Assembly (NCBI GenBank): GCA_045596505.1
Contig: JAZOCO010000045.1
Coordinates: 6,443-70,442, forward strand
Direction of reading: 5' to 3'
DNA: 64,000 bases
Source of the DNA: Eubacteriales bacterium
GTDB taxonomy: Bacteria; Bacillota; Clostridia; Oscillospirales; CAG-272
In this document: positions 40,111-46,939 of the stretch, in pieces
Position numbering within the stretch: position 1 is the stretch's first letter
Layout of the letters: each line of letters starts with the position of its first letter
Position numbers and translations under genes: made by a program
Notes under the pieces: generated by a model
The model's input: only the letters and a program-made list of their open reading frames with translations
Databases searched by the model: none
Told to the model about the DNA's origin: nothing

Positions 40111-41088
40111 GTGAAGCCTAAAATTCTTTCCCGCTTGATGCAGCTAAACGATGAAGAGCGCCGCATTATCGAGGGCGAACAAAAGATCAATAAGAAGCTG
40201 TACTCTACTTTCATCAAGGAATTTATCCTCAACAATCATCGTAGCATGCATGAAAGCGAGCAGATCGCATTGCGCCGCCATACGCGATTTATGGATTTTC
40301 CCTCACACGGTCATAACTACGTAGAAATGACTTACGTTTGCTCAGGTGAGATCACACATGTGATCAAGCATCGCGAGGTGAAGATGCACGCGGGAGACGT
40401 TTTGCTTCTCAACCGTCACACACAGCACAGTGTGCGCAAAGCCGGCGAGGAAGACATTGCAATCAACATTTTACTGGCAACGGATTGCTTCCATTCCTTT
40501 GCCTCCGTGATCCCTACCTCCTCTCCCCTTTCCTCGTTTATGACGGAAAATATTCGCTCAAACGGCGAGGCTGAGTATATGCTCTTTTCGACCGAAGGTG
40601 TCCCCCCTTTGGAAAACCTTTTTGAAAATCTCTGCTATTCTATGGTTGGGAACGATATTTTAAGCACGAACATTTTAAAAAGCACCGTGTCACTGATCCT
40701 GCGGCATTTTTCCGAGCTGCCCGAATGTATGATCACCGCAGCAAGACATCGTTCCGATGCTGAGTTGCTCCACGCCCGTATTAAGGATTATCTGCGCACG
40801 GATTTCAGAACCGCAACACTCACAGAGCTTGCCGAAAAGCTGGGCCTTAGCGTTCCCTATCTTTCCAAGCGTGTGCGCGAGCTGTTTGGTATGACTTTTA
40901 GTCAGCTGCTGCAGGAGGAACGCTTTACTGAGTCGCTTCGCTTGCTTGAAACCACAGATCTGCCCGTGGGTGATATCATCATTGCCGTGGGATACGAAAA
41001 CACCAGCTTTTTTCACAATCAATTCCGCGCGCGCTATCAATCCTCCCCTTTCAAGTGGCGAAAGGCAGCAAGAAACGAAAAAATTTAA
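40111..41088 (+). CDS. AraC-family transcriptional regulator (cupin + HTH)
   Basis: N-terminal cupin 'FPSHGHNYVEMTYV' and C-terminal AraC HTH 'VGYENTSFFHNQFRARY'. Confidence 0.85.
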   Translation: MKPKILSRLMQLNDEERRIIEGEQKINKKLYSTFIKEFILNNHRSMHESEQIALRRHTRFMDFPSHGHNYVEMTYVCSGEITHVIKHREVKMHAGDVLLLNRHTQHSVRKAGEEDIAINILLATDCFHSFASVIPTSSPLSSFMTENIRSNGEAEYMLFSTEGVPPLENLFENLCYSMVGNDILSTNILKSTVSLILRHFSELPECMITAARHRSDAELLHARIKDYLRTDFRTATLTELAEKLGLSVPYLSKRVRELFGMTFSQLLQEERFTESLRLLETTDLPVGDIIIAVGYENTSFFHNQFRARYQSSPFKWRKAARNEKI

Positions 41089-41097
41089 AAACAAATT

Positions 41098-41137
41098 CGG
41101 GTGTCTTAAATGTCAAGCATTTAAGACACCCGTTTTT
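41098..41137 (+). terminator. rho-independent terminator
   Basis: 15-bp perfect stem CGGGTGTCTTAAATG / CATTTAAGACACCCG, followed by TTTTT. Confidence 0.9.
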
Positions 41138-41208
41138 AATTACAGACTAAAAAGCACTATTCATCCAAATTGAGGCAAAAGCGCCTTAGTCAAAAAGGCG
41201 TTTTGGCG

Positions 41209-42054
41209 TCAAGAGTTACCGCAGCATCTGCCCCTCGCACCGCCTTTTCCGTTTGAAGTCGGCGCTATGGTGTTGGGGCAAAACGCAGATGTTGGGAAAG
41301 GCATTTGACGGAAGGTGCAGCAGGGATCCTCATCAGAGGTAGCGACGCACTCCTTATCGGGCAGACAAAATTCGGTTGCTTCCACTAAGAGTTGCCCCTC
41401 GCGCACAAGACGGATCACAGAGAAAAGCCCCAAGGAAATGACAAGGTGGCGGTTGTCTCCGTTTTCCTCATCGCACAGCACGCCGTTAAGCCCCTCTGTG
41501 ACAGTACCGGGCACGTCACAAGCACAGCAGCAGCAATGACAGTTGCATTCCTCAACCACACGCGCGCCAAGCACGACAAGCGGCACGACCTCAATGACAG
41601 CCTCAGGATCGTTATTTGCACAGCAAACCGGCTCAGGTATAGCACAGAAGTTATCACATGCCTTACTGCGGAAAATGCTGACGTTGCTCTCACCGCCAAA
41701 GAGAACTACACGTTTTTCAAGCACCGCAATTCCCTCAAGGCATTGGGATTGCCCCATCGGCACACAAACCTCAAACTCACATTTCACGTAAAATCTGGCA
41801 AGCACCGTATAAAAGCCACAATTAAACTGTACAGGATCGACCGAAATATTGGTTGCAACGATCTTAGCACATTTCACACGAACATTGCTTGTGCGTGCAA
41901 CAAGCTCTTCTCCGGCAGCAGTCAGGAACACGCGTACATCCTCGAAGCAATCTCTGTCACGGCAGGCGTCGAGAATGCGGGACGCTTCGATACCGAAGCG
42001 CTCTCCGTTGTTCAATGCGCCGTTTCCCGTACAGGAAAATCTGTTATCTCCCAT
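41209..42054 (-). CDS. cysteine-rich protein of unknown function (281 aa)
   Basis: About 31 Cys by my count, including 'ECNCHCCCCACDVPG' and C-terminal 'GRCCGNS'. RBS AGGAGG (42067-42072). Terminator-like hairpins lie on both sides. The opposite-strand ORF 41392..42159 has no RBS and a junk-like composition. Confidence 0.7.
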   Translation of the reverse strand: MGDNRFSCTGNGALNNGERFGIEASRILDACRDRDCFEDVRVFLTAAGEELVARTSNVRVKCAKIVATNISVDPVQFNCGFYTVLARFYVKCEFEVCVPMGQSQCLEGIAVLEKRVVLFGGESNVSIFRSKACDNFCAIPEPVCCANNDPEAVIEVVPLVVLGARVVEECNCHCCCCACDVPGTVTEGLNGVLCDEENGDNRHLVISLGLFSVIRLVREGQLLVEATEFCLPDKECVATSDEDPCCTFRQMPFPTSAFCPNTIAPTSNGKGGARGRCCGNS

Positions 42055-42140
42055 AGGAATTTGGTTCCTCCTAAAAAGAATTCAAGAGCAAATAAGGCTC
42101 TTCTCTACTATCCTATGAGAACACTGTCGAATTTGATAAT

Positions 42141-44408
42141 TTATTGTAAAATGAAGTGATATTGTAAGGGTTCTACCACGTAATAAAGATCCTGACGAAC
42201 CTCTAAACATAAAAGCACCTCATCATTTGGGATCAACACCGTGCTACCCGGTGTGGCACATGGGATCACCGCTTCGTGTGGCAAGGGTCCGTGTGCGCCC
42301 AAAATAAAAAGTTCGGCTCGCGGCGTGGGCACTAAAACCTCTCTCGCACGGCGGTATTCCGATAAGGCGGCGCTTTCATAATAAAGCGCGCTATCCCCAA
42401 AATTAACTGTGAGAGAAAAAGCAGGCTCGACCGACCTCTTCATGAAAATAGGATCACTGATAAGGACGGTTCCGCTTTCAAAAATAACAAGCTCTTCATC
42501 ATACCCATAAACGGTTACGGGAATATCTACCGACCATGCGATCTCGACAAGTGCGAGAAATATTTCACTTTCCTTGTCTGTCTTTGGCGATGGTAGCCAA
42601 AGTGCGCGTACCGTTTCGGATTTTGAAAAACGAGAAAATGACGTTTTGTGCGCATTATGGTAATGTGTAAGCATCAAAACATCGAGTTCTGTAGCGCCCT
42701 CGCTTTTAAGCGCGTGCCAACCGTTTAGAAGCGCGGACGTACTGCCGCTTGAAAGGTCGCACAGCATTGCATTTCCATCAGCAAAAAATCCGATTGCTTC
42801 GTTTCTTCCTTCTTGGCAATACAGCCCCGTGATTTCCTGCGAGCTTTGATTATACACAGTGAGTGTGATCATAAAGGTCAAAAGGAAAAGTGGGATCGGC
42901 AAAAGCGCCACAAGAATGTATTTTTTTAATTCTATCAACAGAAGTGCTATTGCAAGAGCAAGGAATGGCAACAGAATAAAGGGCACAAATTCATACGCAA
43001 GTGACACCATCGTGTCAGGGCGCGATAACAGCTCAGTGAGCATCAGCATAAGCGCGCCCACCAACTTGCCAAAAATGCCAAACAAGGGTGCGGGAAACAA
43101 GAACAGCACAAATATGCCTATAACCAAAAAGACAGTTGACAATGGGATCAGTAAAAGATTGGAAAGCGGTGTGATCACAGAGATCTCCCCAAACGTTAGC
43201 CACTGCACGGGAAGTACAGCAAAGCCTGCGGTAAAGGTTATGAGTAAGGAACTAAGAAGCCAACGCACTCCTTTACGCAAAAGATCGATCTTATGCCGTT
43301 TGCTTGGCAAAAGCTGAAAAAGCAGGCTATTTACCTTGGTATATGCCAAAATGCCGAAGGTGGCAAGAACAGTCATTTGGTAAGAGGCAGTGAAAACGGC
43401 ATAAGGCTGCCATAACAGGATCAATGCGGCTGCAAGAAAAAGCGAGGTAAGCGAATCTCGGCTTTCTTTTAAAAACAGTGATATGTAAAGCAAAAATATC
43501 ATCAAGACTGCCCGCACCGTGGACAATGCACAGCCCGTGATCATCAAATACCCAAAAAGAAACAAAAGAATCAGCGACATTCTAAGCTGCTTAGGTGCGC
43601 TAACGCAAAACAAGATCTTATCAAGGAGCAATGTAAGGATCCCAACGTGTAATCCGCTGAGCGCCAAAAGGTGCGAAACGCCCGCCCGCTTGAAATTCCT
43701 TACCGTGGCATCCGAAAGACCTTCTCTTTTTCCGAGAAGCATCGCATTTAAAAGCACGCCGGGTTCTCCCTCAACGTAAGTTGAAACGGTGGCAATCAGA
43801 TTGAAGCGAAGCGCCTCAAACCAATCAAGCACAGGATGTGGCGCACGTCCCAAAAATTCAAGTTCTTGTACCTCGTCGCTTACTAAGATCGCACGGCAAC
43901 CCTTGCCCATCAACTGAAATTTTTGATTTTCATAATAATTCTCGTAGGTGAGAGGCTGAACGGTGAACGTGCCTTTTGCCATGTCACCTGCACGAATCGG
44001 TGCCGTTTGTGCAAGCTTAAAAACAACTCTTGCGTTGCAGAGCTCGCCGTTAATATCCGTAACACGTGCCACAAGCTCAGAGGAGTAAACGGTAGTATAC
44101 GTGACCTCCTCCACCTCAAAGACAACCGTAACCGTGCTACCGATCTTTGAAAGCTGATCGCTTGTTGACTTTAGATAAAGCGTTGTACGAAGAAGACCCA
44201 AAAATATACCCAAGCAAAGCAGAACGAGATATAGTCTTGCATAAGACGCACCCCGAAAAATGGAGAATATAATAAGATAAAGAAAAATGAGAGCGAGCAA
44301 TGAAAGCAGCAAGCCTATGGTTTTAAGCTCAAGAAAAAATCCCAAAGCCGTGGAAAATAAAAAAGCACAAAGTTCTGCTGCCAAAGGACGCTTTTTAAAT
44401 ATACCCAT
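42141..44408 (-). CDS. comEC: DNA internalization competence protein ComEC/Rec2
   Basis: Multi-TM competence domain ('RNFKRAGVSHLLALSGLHVG') plus a C-terminal metallo-beta-lactamase domain ('LMLTHYHNAH'). Start at ATG 44408 after AGGAGG. Confidence 0.85.
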   Translation of the reverse strand: MGIFKKRPLAAELCAFLFSTALGFFLELKTIGLLLSLLALIFLYLIIFSIFRGASYARLYLVLLCLGIFLGLLRTTLYLKSTSDQLSKIGSTVTVVFEVEEVTYTTVYSSELVARVTDINGELCNARVVFKLAQTAPIRAGDMAKGTFTVQPLTYENYYENQKFQLMGKGCRAILVSDEVQELEFLGRAPHPVLDWFEALRFNLIATVSTYVEGEPGVLLNAMLLGKREGLSDATVRNFKRAGVSHLLALSGLHVGILTLLLDKILFCVSAPKQLRMSLILLFLFGYLMITGCALSTVRAVLMIFLLYISLFLKESRDSLTSLFLAAALILLWQPYAVFTASYQMTVLATFGILAYTKVNSLLFQLLPSKRHKIDLLRKGVRWLLSSLLITFTAGFAVLPVQWLTFGEISVITPLSNLLLIPLSTVFLVIGIFVLFLFPAPLFGIFGKLVGALMLMLTELLSRPDTMVSLAYEFVPFILLPFLALAIALLLIELKKYILVALLPIPLFLLTFMITLTVYNQSSQEITGLYCQEGRNEAIGFFADGNAMLCDLSSGSTSALLNGWHALKSEGATELDVLMLTHYHNAHKTSFSRFSKSETVRALWLPSPKTDKESEIFLALVEIAWSVDIPVTVYGYDEELVIFESGTVLISDPIFMKRSVEPAFSLTVNFGDSALYYESAALSEYRRAREVLVPTPRAELFILGAHGPLPHEAVIPCATPGSTVLIPNDEVLLCLEVRQDLYYVVEPLQYHFILQ

Positions 44409-44573
44409 ACTCTCCTCCTTTCTCATTATTGCATAATCATTATACTTTTTTGTATCATATATGTCAATCATTTTGTCTTTCCTTGTCACATTTCTTCTAA
44501 TTTAGCCAAAAACGTCTTGACAAAACACTCTGTGAAATATATAATTAGTATAACATATTATGGAGGGCTGTTT

Positions 44574-44795
44574 ATGTTTGATAAAGTAAAGCAAATTCTG
44601 ATGGATGAGCTGCAAATTGACGAAAATGAGATCACGCTCGATGCAGAGCTTTCAGGCGATCTTGGAATCAACTCGATCGAGCTTGCAGACCTTGTGATGA
44701 TGTGTGAGGAGCAATTCGGCGTTGAAATTTCCGAGGACGCTGCCAACGAATTTTTGACCGTCGGTGACGTTGTGAAATACCTCGAATCTCTTTGA
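44574..44795 (+). CDS. acyl carrier protein-like protein (73 aa)
   Basis: 'ELSGDLGINSIELADLVM' matches the ACP phosphopantetheine-Ser helix. Start at ATG 44574 after GGAGGG. It is an orphan with no fab genes nearby. Confidence 0.7.
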   Translation: MFDKVKQILMDELQIDENEITLDAELSGDLGINSIELADLVMMCEEQFGVEISEDAANEFLTVGDVVKYLESL

Positions 44796-44809
44796 TAACA
44801 CTAAAAAAT

Positions 44810-44849
44810 GCCGAGTTGGGTGCTTAATAGCATCACTCGGCGTTTTTTT
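44810..44849 (+). terminator. rho-independent terminator
   Basis: GCCGAGT (44810-44816) / ACTCGGC (44835-44841) with an inner TGCT/AGCA tier, followed by GTTTTTTT. Confidence 0.8.
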
Positions 44850-44898
44850 ATTCATAAACGGCATACCGAGGATCTATATTTGAGTGAGGTGAACTGTT

Positions 44899-45630
44899 AT
44901 GATGAAAAAATTACACTTGCTTCCCTTCACGCTCTCTTTCCTCTCTCTTTGCCTGATATTTTCTTCTCTTTCCCTTCATTATTTAGAGCCACGGCGTTCG
45001 GTTTTGAGCAACACCGATATTGCCAACACCCCCGTGATCATCATTGACGCGGGACACGGTGGCATTGACGGTGGGGCAGTTGGCGCTGACGGGACGGCGG
45101 AAAAGGATTTAAATCTTAAGATTTCAAAGAAGCTTGCCGCACTGCTCCGTTTGATGGGGTATGCGGTTGTAGAAACACGCACGGAGGATATTTCACTTGC
45201 AAGTGAAGATGCAAAAAAAGGACATATAAAACAATCTGACTTAGAAAACAGGCTAAGGATCGCCGCGCAATACGATAAAAAGGTTTTTGTAAGCATTCAT
45301 ATGAACACCTATTCGGGCGTTTCTTGCGAGGGGTTGCAGGTCTGGTATTCCGAGGGAGATGCCGCTTCGGCAGAAATCGCAAAGGCTGTCCAACAAGGGG
45401 TAAAAAACACTTTACAACCGCAAAATAACAGAAAAATAAAGCTTGCCACCTCCTCCATATATCTTTTGCGGCAAGCAACTTATCCCGCGATCCTCATTGA
45501 ATGCGGTTTTATTTCCAATTTAGACGAGTGTAAACGCCTTGGTGACGACCTTTATCAAAAGCAACTGGCGCTTGCTATTGCCGCTTCCATTTCTAAAAAT
45601 GTCAAAAACAATGCTTGCCAGAACGGGTAA
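44899..45630 (+). CDS. cwlD: N-acetylmuramoyl-L-alanine amidase, CwlD-like (germination-specific)
   Basis: Amidase_3 motifs 'IIIDAGHGGIDGGA', 'ISIHMN' and 'ECGFISN'. Single N-terminal TM helix and a size typical of CwlD. Confidence 0.75.
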   Translation: MMKKLHLLPFTLSFLSLCLIFSSLSLHYLEPRRSVLSNTDIANTPVIIIDAGHGGIDGGAVGADGTAEKDLNLKISKKLAALLRLMGYAVVETRTEDISLASEDAKKGHIKQSDLENRLRIAAQYDKKVFVSIHMNTYSGVSCEGLQVWYSEGDAASAEIAKAVQQGVKNTLQPQNNRKIKLATSSIYLLRQATYPAILIECGFISNLDECKRLGDDLYQKQLALAIAASISKNVKNNACQNG

Positions 45631-45643
45631 TGCGTGGTATACT
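45615..45643 (+). promoter_or_regulatory. sigma-A promoter driving the intergenic RNA candidate
   Basis: TTGCCA (45615-45620), a 17-nt spacer, then TATACT (45638-45643). It overlaps the last codons of cwlD. Confidence 0.55.
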
Positions 45644-45649
45644 GTTTAT

Positions 45650-45980
45650 ATGTAGTGAGTATTAGCCGCAAGGGAATCGAACACATAAGGTTTTCGCCTG
45701 CAAATATTTGTCTATCCATCAGCAAAAAGCCTTGTAATATCCGCATATTGCTTCGGCTTTTCGCCTCGTCTTGCCTAAATATTTGCAGGATGAAAACTGG
45801 TTTCCACCCTGCGGTGTGAAAATTTTTGATGGATTTTTGTGGGGCGGGGCGAAGGAAAGTGCAGACTTTTCAAGTCACGCCACGCATAAATTGGCGGAAA
45901 TTTACCGCCGCAGGGCTTATTTGTTTGATTCCCTTGCGGCTAAGAAAAGTCGCGAAAGCCCTGTACAAAACGATTTTTTT
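45650..45980 (+). ncRNA. unclassified highly structured RNA candidate (~300 nt)
   Basis: 28-position closing helix 45662-45689 / 45916-45943 with 17 contiguous Watson-Crick pairs. Internal 93-nt hairpin with a perfect 13-bp base (45697-45709 / 45777-45789). Additional small hairpins. A U-run at 45974-45980. Own promoter upstream and a separate promoter for rlmB downstream. No ORF in this region has an RBS. Confidence 0.45.
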
Positions 45981-45990
45981 ATGTTATAAT
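45962..45990 (+). promoter_or_regulatory. extended -10 sigma-A promoter for rlmB
   Basis: TGTACA (45962-45967), a 17-nt spacer, then TATAAT (45985-45990) preceded by TGT (TGnTATAAT). Confidence 0.55.
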
Positions 45991-46041
45991 AAAACTCATA
46001 ATATAATTCTACGCGCCCGAGGGCGCACGCAAGGAGCAGCT

Positions 46042-46896
46042 ATGTATCAAAGAGATCAAGTGGAGGGTAAGCCGCGACGTCAGGGTCAGCACTATCATAA
46101 AAAGGGATATGACTCCCGCGCAAAAGCGAGAGGGGAGCGTGCGCCCTTCGATGAGGAGCGTATCGGAAGCGGTGCTGTCATTGGCAGAAACGCCGTGCGA
46201 GAGCTTTTGCGGTCGGGCAGAGCCGTTGATAAAATATTGGTGCAGGCAGGAGAGCACGAGGGGGCACTTACGCCGATTGTTGGCGAGGCGATCGCGCGCG
46301 GCATTCCCGTGGTCAATACCGAGCGCCGCAAGCTGGATAGCCTTGCAGGGAACGTGCCGCATCAGGGCATTGTTGCCTTGGCGGCAGAAAAGGAATACGT
46401 CACAGTGGAGGAGATCCTTGCCATTGCCGCCGCCCGCGGCGAGAAGCCACTGATCGTGATAGCCGATGGCATTGCCGACCCCTATAATCTCGGTGCGGTT
46501 ATCCGCTGTGCCGAGGGGTGCGGTGCACATGGGCTGATCATTCCCAAAAGGCACGCCGCGGGGCTGACGCCCGTGGTCACCAAGGCATCTGCCGGTGCCA
46601 TCGAGCATCTTGCCATTGCCAAGGTCACCAACATTGCATCGACTGTTGAGCTTTTGAAGGAGTCGGGCGTATGGGTCTTTGCTGCCGAGGCGGGCGGCAC
46701 CAATTTCCGCGAGGTCGATATGAACGTGCCCGCCGCTATCGTGCTGGGAAGTGAGGGGGCAGGAGTGTCGGAGCTTGTGCGGAAGAGAAGCGATTTTATC
46801 ATTTCAATTCCCATGCACGGACAGGTGAATTCTTTTAACGTATCCACTGCCGCAGCCGTTTTGCTGTGCGAGGCGGCTTATCAGCAGCGCAAATAA
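46042..46896 (+). CDS. rlmB: 23S rRNA (guanosine-2'-O)-methyltransferase RlmB with basic N-terminal extension
   Basis: 'GRNAVRELL', 'DGIADPYNLGAVIRCAEG', 'IVLGSEGAGVS' and 'VNSFNVSTAAAVLL'. Start at ATG 46042 after AAGGAG. The track ORF start at 45826 lies in the RNA region. Confidence 0.85.
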   Translation: MYQRDQVEGKPRRQGQHYHKKGYDSRAKARGERAPFDEERIGSGAVIGRNAVRELLRSGRAVDKILVQAGEHEGALTPIVGEAIARGIPVVNTERRKLDSLAGNVPHQGIVALAAEKEYVTVEEILAIAAARGEKPLIVIADGIADPYNLGAVIRCAEGCGAHGLIIPKRHAAGLTPVVTKASAGAIEHLAIAKVTNIASTVELLKESGVWVFAAEAGGTNFREVDMNVPAAIVLGSEGAGVSELVRKRSDFIISIPMHGQVNSFNVSTAAAVLLCEAAYQQRK

Positions 46897-46939
46897 GTAA
46901 TGCGCAAGGCTTTTGATGTTAGTAAAGGAGGGGAATGCG

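Noticed and set aside
45795-45870. Possible T-box (minus-strand 'CAGGGTGGAAACC') or RNase P P4-like 'GAAGGAAAGTGCAG' motif within the RNA candidate.
   Set aside because: The T-box core GGGTGGTACCGCG is not matched, and the orientation would not regulate any gene. The RNase P signature GAGGAAAGTCC, its partner ACAGAA strand and the ~350-400-nt architecture are absent.
45634-45989. ORFs of 61-72 aa inside the cwlD-rlmB spacer (45634..45819 +, 45771..45989 +, 45555..45746 -), plus the 45826 start of the rlmB track ORF.
   Set aside because: None has a Shine-Dalgarno sequence. One would start inside the -10 box. rlmB has a clear AAGGAG-ATG start at 46042. The region is better explained by extensive base-pairing.
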